64,000 nt of DNA from a virus. The position numbers and the translations under genes are program-made. Below the pieces are notes generated by a model. That model searched no databases, was not told the origin of the DNA, and worked only from the letters and a program-made list of their open reading frames with translations. This document shows, piece after piece, positions 31,395 through 41,105 of the stretch; within the stretch, counting starts at the first letter, position 1, and the number at the start of each line of letters is the position of its first letter. The DNA lies in the IMG/VR virus record IMGVR_UViG_3300045988_179014, positions 32,001-96,000 of that record. One strand, 5' to 3'.

Positions 31395-33161
31395 TCAACG
31401 AGTCCATATAAAAGTTTTGGTTCCAGCATCATGAACTGGTAGATATCCTTCGTTCAGAAGAATTTGAGCATTACTGATTGGGTTTCCTGAAGAATCCTCC
31501 AAACTATAGCGTTCCCCAACCTTGAAACCAAGAATTCTGTCAGCTGATACACGTCTGGCTGTGTTGTCTCGGATGTATGCTGGTTTACTTGTATCATTGT
31601 TCATGCGCACCCAAGTAATGCTGGGTTTGTTGTGTTTCAATGCTTTCCATCCAGAGAATTTGGATTCCGTGTTTCCATGACTTGTGTTCATATCCACATA
31701 ACTGATAACAGATGTGGGGTTTTTAGTTCTGAAAAAATGCGTGTCACAACGACTGAAAGCACCTGGAATATGATGTCTTATCTTGCTGCACGACCTGATG
31801 GCCTCCCATTCTGCTGAAGTGTTGAAACGACTTTTACCATAAGTTTGAACATGTACCAGCATATCGTCATGAAACATTCCCAGACAGAAAGTTTGTTTGT
31901 TGGATGCTCCCAGCAAATGATTTTCTCGGAGAAAACGATTTGCTTCTGATTGGGTTATTTCTTTTACAACACATGTACGTCCATGAATACAGATTGGCAG
32001 TTTTCGTAGTTTGGATTGGATGATGTTTATGAAAATGCTCTCATCCATCCAATCAAACCATTGCAGCAGTATTTTGCCTTCTCGTGCAGCGGCTATGGCT
32101 CTTTCGCGGTGATAATTGGCAGGCCTGGGTTGATGTGAAGGTTTGTGACAGTCCACGGTTTTACAACGACCTGTCAAATGTACAAAGGAAACCGCAGAGT
32201 TGTGTGTGAATGATGGATTCAAGTCTATTAAAACGTTCTCGTAACCCAAATCAGCATGACGTTTTCCATTGTCAAAAGGAACTTCCAATTCCAAGGTTAA
32301 GCCAGTTGCTTCTTCCAGTTTGTGCTTCCATTGCTTGTTCAGTTTCGAAATTCGTTTACCATTCGCATTGGCTGCACGTTTTTGGATTTCTGGTAGTTGA
32401 AAAACATTCTCTACGCCATAACGTTCTATTACAGACATTTTTGCTTTGGTTTGAAATTCAGCTAGTTCGAAAGGATTCTGCACTCCGTATCGAGCTTTCA
32501 TAGTGGCCGCAATTTTTCGACGCACAGCAGGGGTTGTCAAAGGATGTGCTCCATATCGTTCTTGGAAGGTTTTTGTGCGTCTTGTTTGAATCTCTGGGTC
32601 CTGGGAAGGGTTTTCAACTCCACGTCTCCGCAGGTTGGTTGCGGTTTTCTTCGCTTTCACAACAGCGTTTTGCGATGGGTTCTCAACACCATACCGTTCC
32701 AGGTTCGTGGTTTTCCGTTTTTCCTTCATAATGTTTTCGGATGTAGCTTTCCACGCGCATGTTGTGGAACAAGTTTTTGCCGGTTTGAAAGGATTGGCAA
32801 TTTTGAACCGCTTCCCACATTCCGAGCAGTTGCGGTAATGGTCTTGTGAGCAGAAACGAGAAGTCGAACGGTCAGCCAGGAATGTTTTCCCACATAGTTC
32901 ACAAACGTTTTTCTGTGTTTTTGCTTTCACACGACTTAGAGCATGACTACAATCAGAGGAACAGGTTTTGGCTGGACGCTTCATTTCTTTGATTTGAAAG
33001 GATTTCCCGCAATACTCACATTCCTTGTAATGCGGTTTTGAACACCAACGGGTTTTCCGATTACTACGAATTTCCGTGTGACACCATTCACATCTCTGTA
33101 AACTGTTCTGTTCTTCTGCCACCATAGTAGTGATTATATCAATCAGCCAATCATGAATCAT
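31395..33161 (-). CDS. Multi-zinc-ribbon protein with four tandem RYGVENP repeats. Possible DNA-binding/nuclease-associated modular protein.
   Basis: Three N-terminal CxxC...C..DCxH modules, then four repeats of the type TKxxxxRYGVENPxQ, reminiscent of nuclease-associated modular DNA-binding motifs. C-terminal domain unknown. Confidence 0.45.
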   Translation of the reverse strand: MIHDWLIDIITTMVAEEQNSLQRCEWCHTEIRSNRKTRWCSKPHYKECEYCGKSFQIKEMKRPAKTCSSDCSHALSRVKAKTQKNVCELCGKTFLADRSTSRFCSQDHYRNCSECGKRFKIANPFKPAKTCSTTCAWKATSENIMKEKRKTTNLERYGVENPSQNAVVKAKKTATNLRRRGVENPSQDPEIQTRRTKTFQERYGAHPLTTPAVRRKIAATMKARYGVQNPFELAEFQTKAKMSVIERYGVENVFQLPEIQKRAANANGKRISKLNKQWKHKLEEATGLTLELEVPFDNGKRHADLGYENVLIDLNPSFTHNSAVSFVHLTGRCKTVDCHKPSHQPRPANYHRERAIAAAREGKILLQWFDWMDESIFINIIQSKLRKLPICIHGRTCVVKEITQSEANRFLRENHLLGASNKQTFCLGMFHDDMLVHVQTYGKSRFNTSAEWEAIRSCSKIRHHIPGAFSRCDTHFFRTKNPTSVISYVDMNTSHGNTESKFSGWKALKHNKPSITWVRMNNDTSKPAYIRDNTARRVSADRILGFKVGERYSLEDSSGNPISNAQILLNEGYLPVHDAGTKTFIWTR

Positions 33162-33595
33162 GGTTATTTTGTGATGGAAGTTGGGGGTTCTGTTAATGAT
33201 TGTCGTTTTACGTTACTGCCGGACTTTGTTGGGAAATGAGCGGTTTCAGTCATGTTGGTTGGTTGTGGTCTTCGTCAATTATCATGTTTCCGCCCAGACG
33301 TTTCTTGATGGTTCAGTCAGATTAGGGGGTGAGGTTGTTCCTTTGCGTTTAGGTCATCAACACACCCCAACCAGAATATTTCATGTTCAAACTTCTTACT
33401 GCTTTTATTAACTGTTTTAATTAATTGTAAATATGTACGAATAGTTCTTGTTGGTTGGTTGTGGTGTGTATCTCCCTACCCCACAAGTTTACTTTCCATG
33501 CGGTGTAAGATTTTTTCATACACTTGTTCGAATATTTTTGGGGTATTTTCAAAAGGGGGTGAGGAAATTAGGCAAAGAAAAGAAAATATGATAGC

Positions 33596-34234
33596 ATGAA
33601 AGTTATGAGTAATAGAATAGTTGTCAGTGATGTTGATGGTACTATTGTTCGGCGTTCACTGGTGTTAAACCATGCTGCCAAATTGCATGAGGAGGGCATA
33701 ATCGATTTTGGGGAACTGCCTTCTCAGTGGCAAGCTGACCCCAAGAACGAGGGACTAATCACGCAGTTGGCGGAACGTTATCGGGATAGTTTAACTGGTT
33801 TGACACTTGATGCCCTAGGGGTTGATGCATATGTTCAGGATGTGGTTATTGACCCTCAAAACTTCTATAGTACATTAGCTAGATTGCTAGAATTAAGGAA
33901 GTCTGGCGCGCAAGTGTTGCTAATTAGTGGTTCTCCAAGTTTTTTGGTGGAACGTTTTGCGGCTCATTTCGGGTTCCAAGGTATCGGTTCCGAGTATGTC
34001 ATGGATGAGTTTGGACGTTTCACCGGAGCCTGTGTTGGAATGTTTTCCAGCAAGGCCAAGCAGACGTTTCTGAAGTCACTTGGGCTGGAACAGTATGATG
34101 AGGTTCTGGCTTTTGGGGATACGGAATCTGACAGACCATTGTTCAACAGTGCTCATTATTCAGTGCTGGTGGAACCTAACAAGGCTACACATGAGGCTTT
34201 GGTAACAGTGGTTAATGAGGTGATTTATGATTGA
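33596..34234 (+). CDS. HAD-superfamily phosphatase (phosphoserine-phosphatase-like, subfamily IB).
   Basis: Motif I VVSDVDGTIV (DxDGT). Motif LLISGSP. Motif IV AFGDTESD. Confidence 0.75.
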   Translation: MKVMSNRIVVSDVDGTIVRRSLVLNHAAKLHEEGIIDFGELPSQWQADPKNEGLITQLAERYRDSLTGLTLDALGVDAYVQDVVIDPQNFYSTLARLLELRKSGAQVLLISGSPSFLVERFAAHFGFQGIGSEYVMDEFGRFTGACVGMFSSKAKQTFLKSLGLEQYDEVLAFGDTESDRPLFNSAHYSVLVEPNKATHEALVTVVNEVIYD

Positions 34235-34334
34235 CCAGAAAAACTAAACCCCTCCTGAGTTATAATCCGCATTTAAGTGAGGCTTTTGCTGTTGGGCTAT
34301 TATATTTAGCCATACAATAACTATGCAAAAAACA

Positions 34335-34412
34335 GGTTGCTAGTTGTTGATGTGTAACTTCGCTAGCTGTCAGCCCTCATAGTAGTATCATGCTAAAAAC
34401 TATTCTACATTA
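34335..34412 (+). promoter_or_regulatory. Conserved upstream element, copy 1 (contains gctagc palindrome). Putative promoter/operator.
   Basis: About 75 nt nearly identical to 35886-35962: ttgttgat..aacttcgctagctgtc..tcatagta..atcatg.taaaaactat. Confidence 0.4.
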
Positions 34413-34506
34413 GAAGTAGTATTTGGAAGGTGAAGATGAGAAAAAATTGCAACAATGATATGGGCTTTGGTGCTCGCTTCAGAGCCAAATTAGAAGCCGT
34501 TTTGCC

Positions 34507-35046
34507 TTGTATTCAAAAAACTTTCAAGACGCGATTGTGGCGTTTGGGACAGTTGGCGAGAAACATGCTAATATTCTCAATACACATACTGAGAATAATT
34601 TGGCCCCTAAGATTAAAGAGGTCCGAGAGAATTTAGAATTGTTGGCAGACGCATTGGAGCGCAATCAATCTGATTTCAGTCAACGTGTCAAGCTGGAGGT
34701 TCAGTATGCTGACCAGTTGACTAAAATGTCTCGGATTCTAGGTCCAGATTATTACATGCATATGGTTAGGCATCCACAGACTTGGGCCAATGTTGATGAA
34801 CGAATTCAACTTGTAAAAGATGCTCTGAAGGCTTTGAATGAACAAGTTCTTGAGAACATCCATCAAATTAATGAGAACCGAGAGTTTGAGTTTAAGGTGG
34901 CTTTACAGTCATTTTTAGGTTCAGACGAGATTGATACTGCAACCTCGAATCGAAATTTGACGGATTCTTTAAGAGATTCTGTTGACAGCATTATCTCATC
35001 AATCAAGTGTAAAAATGGTAACAATCGTTCCTGTTCTAAGTTGTAG
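34507..35046 (+). CDS. Paralog of the C-terminal domain of the 610-aa membrane protein (TTG start). May be a truncated or frame-changed duplicate.
   Basis: About 70% identical to residues 435-610 of ORF 35991..37823. An ATG at 34436 encodes MRKNCNNDM, matching the MSNRKNYDKD N-terminus of the long paralog but in another frame. Confidence 0.4.
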   Translation: MYSKNFQDAIVAFGTVGEKHANILNTHTENNLAPKIKEVRENLELLADALERNQSDFSQRVKLEVQYADQLTKMSRILGPDYYMHMVRHPQTWANVDERIQLVKDALKALNEQVLENIHQINENREFEFKVALQSFLGSDEIDTATSNRNLTDSLRDSVDSIISSIKCKNGNNRSCSKL

Positions 35047-35145
35047 AAGACATCAAATTAGCGCTGCGAAAAGAAGGGATTAACTGAAAAACTAGACGCC
35101 TCCTGAAGCCATAATCTCAGGAGGCGTCTAACTTAGTGTGGTGTT

Positions 35146-35718
35146 TTATAGCTGTGGAATATTTTCTTGTAGAGCAATGATAAAAGACCCATCAATGTCT
35201 AGAATGTCTTGAGCTTTAAACAGGTATCCATGATGCTCGTCATTGAAGTTCGGACCATATGAGGACCGTTTCAGTAAAACGCTGATGTCATCATTCTTGT
35301 TGAACATCTTCTCCCCTCTCAGGGAATCATGTTCTCCTTCATCGGTGATACGTGAGAAGAATCCACTTTCGTCCAGCACCAAAATAGCATCTGAATGAAT
35401 ATGGCCTTCCTGTACTGCATTGGAGATTTCTCGTTTCACTTTTGTGAGCAAATCCCATGGAGCCAATTTTTGAAGGATTTCGGACAAGACAACTTCTTCT
35501 TCAGAAATCAACACAAGTTTGTTACCTTGCAGTTTCACATCTTTGTATGTGTTGATGATTTCCAGCATAGTCTCTTGGACTGACGGGTGACGACGGTTAA
35601 TGTACTCAGCATTGTAGTAATTAACAAAATTGTCAACTGTTTGGATTATAGTTCCCTCTAGTTTTCCTTTTAGTGCTTGTGCTTGGTCCTCGTTTTTGGG
35701 GATGAAATGGCGAGTCAT
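35146..35718 (-). CDS. Hypothetical protein.
   Basis: 190-aa ORF on the opposite strand between the two paralogs. Confidence 0.4.
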   Translation of the reverse strand: MTRHFIPKNEDQAQALKGKLEGTIIQTVDNFVNYYNAEYINRRHPSVQETMLEIINTYKDVKLQGNKLVLISEEEVVLSEILQKLAPWDLLTKVKREISNAVQEGHIHSDAILVLDESGFFSRITDEGEHDSLRGEKMFNKNDDISVLLKRSSYGPNFNDEHHGYLFKAQDILDIDGSFIIALQENIPQL

Positions 35719-35885
35719 GCTGCTCCATTCGTGGTAGGGTAATCATTAAACTTGGTCAAAAACAATATCAACCTTTAAGCGAGTTTTTGGTGTCGAGTTT
35801 TTACATCAACAGTCTATACTTTTGGGAACAGTCATTGTTGACGTTTGTTTCATCCGACCATACAACAACCACACAAAATGATAGG

Positions 35886-35962
35886 GTGCTAATTGTTGAT
35901 ACACAACTTCGCTAGCTGTCTGCTGCTCATAGTAACATCATGTTAAAAACTATGATAGAATG
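35886..35962 (+). promoter_or_regulatory. Conserved upstream element, copy 2.
   Basis: See copy 1. It sits about 30 nt before the ATG at 35991. Confidence 0.4.
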
Positions 35963-35990
35963 GAGATAATTTGGTTGTTAGAAGGTAGAG

Positions 35991-37823
35991 ATGTCAAACA
36001 GGAAAAATTACGACAAGGACAATTACAGCACTATTAGTCTTATAGGTAGTTGGATGGTTATTCTTGTCACCATTCTTGTACCATTGATTTTTGTTATAGT
36101 GGGATTCCTCCGCTTCGCTGAAGTCTATGGAGTAACTAAAACTTCAGTTCGCGGATTACAAGAATATCAGGTATATAAACATAGCGGTGCCAGTTTAACA
36201 GAAGGAAAGGCTTTCGCTGCTTATATTCGTGGTACTGGAATTGGGGTTACGGTAATTCTTCCAAATCAATTAAAACATAACATGAACCTAAATGGACTGG
36301 CTCAAGAAATCTTGTCAGAAATGGGCGACCGCTATGACACTATTATAGTGGTGCAAGACGGTCCAGATTCGGATATTGTTGCCTATTACAGCAACAAACA
36401 AAAGGTAAGAGATGCATTTCTACATTTGAATATCTTTCAAAAAGATGTACCTGATGCGGGCGTTTTCTTGAATAGCAATAAGGCCTCTCTTTTGACAGCA
36501 TATGTAGATGCTGGTGGTGCGCCTGGAACCACTATAAAACAGCATGTAGAAGAACAGAAACAACAAACTCAATCTGCCACGCCCACTATCGAGCCAACTG
36601 CCGAATCCTCCGATGAGGCTAAGCGCAAGGAAGACGAGCGAATTAAACAAGAGGAAGAAGAGAAACGTCAAGCAGCTGAGGCCAAGAGAAAAGAAGAGGA
36701 AACTCAAAAGGCCAAGGACCCATCACGGCTAATAGCAAATTCTATTTCTGGACTGGAAACTTCTCAAATTTATGAGCAGCTGGATGCACAGTTGTCCCAC
36801 AAACAATTACTGGTTGATAAGATTGCAGGTACCAGCATTGGGATTACTGCGATTACAAGCGAGCAGTTGAATAATCGGAAGCTGGATGATGTTGCAAATG
36901 CCATTCAACAAAACACGCCCAAATATGACACCATTATTGTGGTGCTGGACGGTGCAGAAGATTCTATTGGTGTTTCAAGTTCTTTAAACGGTGTTGCAGC
37001 AAAAATCAGGGAGCTTTTGGGCGCAGAACCAGTTTCAGATGCAGGATGGGCACTTTTGAATGTCAGCAATGAATTGGTTGAAGTGCATCAAGAAGAACTC
37101 CGTATGATTCAGATGAACAAAGAACGAGAAGATGCTACGAAACGGAACCAGAGCCTTCTGTTCTTTGGCGGGGTTGCAGGAGCAGTATTGTTTGCTGGTG
37201 CTCTTGTATTGGGAGGTAAAAAGTTATTAAGAGTTTACCGTAAAAAGAAGGCTGAGAAAGAAGCTGCTAAAAACACACTCCAGAATCGGATAAAAAACCG
37301 TTTCGCGTCGTATTCAAAAGAGTTCCAGGATGCAATTGTTGCTTTTGGAATGGTTGGAGAGGAACATGCCAACATTCTTGGTACATATGCTGGAAACAAT
37401 TTGGCCTCTAGCATTAAGAAAGTTCGAGACAATCTGGAATTGTTGGCAGACGCATTAGAGCGCAATCACTCCGATTCCGGTCAACGAATCAAGTTGGAAG
37501 TTCAGTATGCTGACCAGTTGACTAAAATGGCTCGGATTCTAGGGTCAGATTACTATATGCATATGGTTCGACGTCCCCATGCTTGGTTTGATGTTGATGA
37601 ACGAATTCAGCTGGTAAAGGATGCTCTGAAAGCTTTGAATGAGCAAGTTATCGAGAACACTCATCAACTAAACGAAAACCGAGAATTCGAATTCAAGGTA
37701 GCCTTGCACTCATTCTTGAATTCGGATGAGATTGATACTGCAACCTCAAATCAAAAGAATTTGAAGGATTCATTGAAAACGTCTGTTGACAGCATTATCT
37801 CATCAATCAAGTGTGAAAAATGA
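35991..37823 (+). CDS. Membrane protein with two tandem TPM-like (phosphatase-fold) domains, a Lys/Glu-rich linker, a second TM segment and a C-terminal domain paralogous to ORF 34507..35046.
   Basis: N-terminal TM WMVILVTILVPLIFVIVGFL. Internal repeats ...GIGVTVILPN...DTIIVVQDG... and ...SIGITAITSE...DTIIVVLDG.... KEEE-rich linker. TM LLFFGGVAGAVLFAGALVLGG. Confidence 0.5.
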   Translation: MSNRKNYDKDNYSTISLIGSWMVILVTILVPLIFVIVGFLRFAEVYGVTKTSVRGLQEYQVYKHSGASLTEGKAFAAYIRGTGIGVTVILPNQLKHNMNLNGLAQEILSEMGDRYDTIIVVQDGPDSDIVAYYSNKQKVRDAFLHLNIFQKDVPDAGVFLNSNKASLLTAYVDAGGAPGTTIKQHVEEQKQQTQSATPTIEPTAESSDEAKRKEDERIKQEEEEKRQAAEAKRKEEETQKAKDPSRLIANSISGLETSQIYEQLDAQLSHKQLLVDKIAGTSIGITAITSEQLNNRKLDDVANAIQQNTPKYDTIIVVLDGAEDSIGVSSSLNGVAAKIRELLGAEPVSDAGWALLNVSNELVEVHQEELRMIQMNKEREDATKRNQSLLFFGGVAGAVLFAGALVLGGKKLLRVYRKKKAEKEAAKNTLQNRIKNRFASYSKEFQDAIVAFGMVGEEHANILGTYAGNNLASSIKKVRDNLELLADALERNHSDSGQRIKLEVQYADQLTKMARILGSDYYMHMVRRPHAWFDVDERIQLVKDALKALNEQVIENTHQLNENREFEFKVALHSFLNSDEIDTATSNQKNLKDSLKTSVDSIISSIKCEK

Positions 37824-37960
37824 TTATATAGTTGACAGTTTCAATACATGTGATTTATACTAGTTGTGATTGGCCTAAATTGTAGCGTCTTGGAAACGAC
37901 AGTTAAAGGCTATGCGGAAATAACAAAATTGAGTTTATTGAGTTTTCAGAAAGGCCCAAA

Positions 37961-39307
37961 ATGGCAACAACTGCTCCTGTTCTAAATTGCACTGAGGAGA
38001 TTAAGTCAACATCTCTGGAAGAAATGATTGGACAGAAGGACCTGATTCATGAGATTGGGTCGTCAGACGAAAACCCGATTATGGGTACTAATGAGGTAAC
38101 CAGAAAGTTCCGCAATCAACTTGAATCACAAGATTTGGAGCGGGTAAAAACTTTAGCTCCAGAACTTGAAAGAAAGTTCGTTAACAATTACAACGAAATT
38201 ATTTCCTTTGGGCAAGAAGTGTTGGACGGGGTCAATGCAATCAACGCCCGTCTCCTAGAGGAACAAGATGCAAAAATTCCCGAAGCAGACCATATTGTGA
38301 ATGGTATCCTTCGGGAGATTGATGGATATTCCGCCAAGTATTCATCAACAAAGGCAAAAACTTTTTTCGATAATCTGGTTAAGCGCTTCAGAGGGAGTGC
38401 GTACAATTTGAAAGCGATGTTACGCGACGCGAAGCCAATTGCGGCAAAACTACAAATGGCTGAAGCGGAACTACTCAAGATGGAACTTGAGCTAAAGACA
38501 AATGTCACCAGAGGTATGGAACTGCGAAAAGAGACTTTATACAGTATCTCCAGAATGGTGACGGTCATTGCTTTCTTCGAAGAAATCCTGGAGGTTTCTC
38601 GCAGTCGCGCAAAAAGTATGCAGGATAGGCTGAACCAAGTACAAAGCGACGATGAGGTTATTCGATGGAATGAACGAAATTACACCATTGAAGAGTTCCG
38701 TGAATTGTTGCAAACGCAAACAATCGCTATGGGAGAAATTGAAAAGTCTTGGTTCTCATGGCGGCAGAAATTCTTCCTGTATGCGACGAATATCGTTGCC
38801 ACCCGTAACATCATCAATGTCTCTATTGCTCTTCAGCGCACCTGCCATCGTGTTTACACTGATGCCATTCCAGCTGCCAGAAGCCAACTGGTGGTATGGC
38901 AGCAAGCAGAAAAAGCACGTGAATCTGCGCGTATGGCAAACGCTGCTAATGACGGAATTGACCGACTCATTGCTGGTGCCGCAGAAGGCGCCGCAGCAGG
39001 TGTTCGAGAGTCTGCTCATGCCAACCAACGCACTATGCTCTCCGACGAAACTATTCTGGCGCTCACAAAAGGTATTCAGGACCAGTTCAAGGCACTAGCA
39101 GAGGCAGAAGCGACTGGACGTAAAATGCGTCAACGAAATTTGGACGTCATTCGTCAAAGCGAGTTGGCTATTCGAACTGCGGCTGATGAATCTCAACAGA
39201 CCATTATCGCAAACGCACTTGCTGTGGTGAATTCGGATTCAAAAGCCCTCACCACCGGACAATCTGATACTCAAGAATCCTTGTTTACAGTATCATCCCA
39301 TCAGTAA
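37961..39307 (+). CDS. TelA/KlaA-like (toxic anion resistance family) helical protein.
   Basis: 448-aa all-helical protein with coiled-coil segments and overall TelA-like organisation. Weak, family-level call only. Confidence 0.4.
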   Translation: MATTAPVLNCTEEIKSTSLEEMIGQKDLIHEIGSSDENPIMGTNEVTRKFRNQLESQDLERVKTLAPELERKFVNNYNEIISFGQEVLDGVNAINARLLEEQDAKIPEADHIVNGILREIDGYSAKYSSTKAKTFFDNLVKRFRGSAYNLKAMLRDAKPIAAKLQMAEAELLKMELELKTNVTRGMELRKETLYSISRMVTVIAFFEEILEVSRSRAKSMQDRLNQVQSDDEVIRWNERNYTIEEFRELLQTQTIAMGEIEKSWFSWRQKFFLYATNIVATRNIINVSIALQRTCHRVYTDAIPAARSQLVVWQQAEKARESARMANAANDGIDRLIAGAAEGAAAGVRESAHANQRTMLSDETILALTKGIQDQFKALAEAEATGRKMRQRNLDVIRQSELAIRTAADESQQTIIANALAVVNSDSKALTTGQSDTQESLFTVSSHQ

Positions 39308-39325
39308 CACAAATAAATTTATTCT

Positions 39326-39374
39326 AATGCATCAATGCCCGCATTACAACTTATTTTGTAGGCATTGATGCATT
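39326..39374. terminator. Bidirectional terminator hairpin between convergent genes.
   Basis: Perfect 14-bp inverted repeat aatgcatcaatgcc / ggcattgatgcatt with a T-rich loop and flanks. Confidence 0.5.
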
Positions 39375-39437
39375 CTATTTATTTATTATTTAAATATTCA
39401 AAGAGCATCAATAACCATACGTTGAGCATTTTATGGC

Positions 39438-40223
39438 TCATCGGAATTTGTTCAATAAGTTCATATCAAACACTCTGCTATAAGGGTCAAAAGGTTTAAT
39501 ACAACAAACAGCTATTTGACTTACCAAGGTGCTATTGATGTGAGTTTTGTTTATTTCATCCAATTGTTGGTAGCGGTAATTCAAATAGTCTGGTAGTTTA
39601 TCCACAGTGTAGAGTCGATAAGGTTGTTTCTTCCAGTTTGCATCCATTTTGACGAAAGTCTTGTCAGCGTTGATACAAATGATGCTTGACACTTTGGCGC
39701 TGGGATGTAAATATTTCTTCCATAATGCTCGGGCTTGTGCTGCACGAACTCTTCCTCCTGGGAAAATGCGGTCAGAGCGTAAAATCTGTCCTTTGTCATT
39801 GATGGAGTATTTGCGTCGTTCTTTCCAACGTTTCGTGTCAATAAGAAAGACGTGATTACCTATGATGAGAACATGGTCTGTGTCTCCACCTTCAATCATG
39901 CCGCTTTCAGGGTCGATTTCTTCTTTTCCCATTCCTCTGATGTGAACCGAATCAATCAACACAGCATTTGGTTTGTCTTGAATCCATTGTTGAAGAAGCG
40001 AACTGGTGCTTCTCTCGCCTTCCAAACCGACACGAACCACTTTGTGTTTGAATGATGAATCGTAGTCTGGATTGTTTGCATGGTGAGTCAAGGACGCGCC
40101 AGGGGAGCCAAAATAGCGTATTCCATTGTTGAGCATTTGGACTATTTTTAAAGCTACGGTATTTTTGACACCATTGATGTTTGGATAGGGCGGATTTACC
40201 ACAACTATATTGGATTGAGACAT
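39438..40223 (-). CDS. NERD-like (nuclease-related domain) protein, paralog A.
   Basis: GGDTDHVLIIGNHVFLIDTKRW matches the NERD core (D..l..g..f.iE/D.K). The C-terminus KTHINSTLVSQIAVCCIKPFD is conserved with the next gene. Confidence 0.45.
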   Translation of the reverse strand: MSQSNIVVVNPPYPNINGVKNTVALKIVQMLNNGIRYFGSPGASLTHHANNPDYDSSFKHKVVRVGLEGERSTSSLLQQWIQDKPNAVLIDSVHIRGMGKEEIDPESGMIEGGDTDHVLIIGNHVFLIDTKRWKERRKYSINDKGQILRSDRIFPGGRVRAAQARALWKKYLHPSAKVSSIICINADKTFVKMDANWKKQPYRLYTVDKLPDYLNYRYQQLDEINKTHINSTLVSQIAVCCIKPFDPYSRVFDMNLLNKFR

Positions 40224-40235
40224 TTAAACAACACC

Positions 40236-41105
40236 TTAACGAAACTTGGCAAGAGTCTTCATATCAAAGACCTTGGCATAAGTATCAAAAGGTTTAATAC
40301 ATGACACAACAACTTGACTCACCAATGTGCTATTGATGTGTGTTTTGTCATAATCCTCAATCATTTTCCATTTTTCATTCAATAATTCTTCAAACCGTTT
40401 CAATTCTACTAAGCGGTAATCCTGTGTGTACCAGTTACGGTTTCGAAGTACAGAAACGTCTTCGGAATTGATACATACGATACCTGTCACAAATGCGTCT
40501 TCATCCAAATAGTTCAACCATTTGTGGATGGATTCTTTCATTGTTACCTGTCCACCTGCGAAAGGTTTGTTTGTCATAAGTGCATCGCCATCATCATTGA
40601 CTGAATAATTCTTCTTCTTTGGCCAACGCCTGGTGTCCATGATGATGACTTCAGTACCAACAAGAAGAATGTGGTCTGTGTCCCCGCCATCAATGATTCC
40701 GGTGTCCTCGTTCACTACTTCGTCTTTATCCCAGTCAGGCACACGAATGGAATCAACCATGACAACACCAGGTTTGTCCTCAATCCATTGTTTCAGGAAT
40801 GTTGTGGTGTCTCGTTCCCCGTCCAAGTATTCTTTGGCTTTGTTGGGTTGAACCCCTTTTTCTGCATATTCGGGATTGAAAGCTTGATGTGTCATGGCCG
40901 CACCTGACGAACCAAAATAACGCCTACCAGCTTTGAGCATTTTCTCAATACGAAGTGCTATGGAATGTTTGACCCCTTCAATATTTTTCAATGGTGGGTC
41001 AACTTGGATGTCTTCTGGTCGAACTGTTTTTTCTTGGATTTCCAGTTCTCCGGTCACTTCAATCCTCCGCTCACCCGAGGGAACAACCCTCCGGAAACTT
41101 GGCAT
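40236..41105 (-). CDS. NERD-like protein, paralog B (tandem duplicate of the previous gene).
   Basis: GGDTDHILLVGTEVIIMDTRRW and the same C-terminal KTHINSTLVSQVVVSCIKPFD block. Confidence 0.45.
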   Translation of the reverse strand: MPSFRRVVPSGERRIEVTGELEIQEKTVRPEDIQVDPPLKNIEGVKHSIALRIEKMLKAGRRYFGSSGAAMTHQAFNPEYAEKGVQPNKAKEYLDGERDTTTFLKQWIEDKPGVVMVDSIRVPDWDKDEVVNEDTGIIDGGDTDHILLVGTEVIIMDTRRWPKKKNYSVNDDGDALMTNKPFAGGQVTMKESIHKWLNYLDEDAFVTGIVCINSEDVSVLRNRNWYTQDYRLVELKRFEELLNEKWKMIEDYDKTHINSTLVSQVVVSCIKPFDTYAKVFDMKTLAKFR

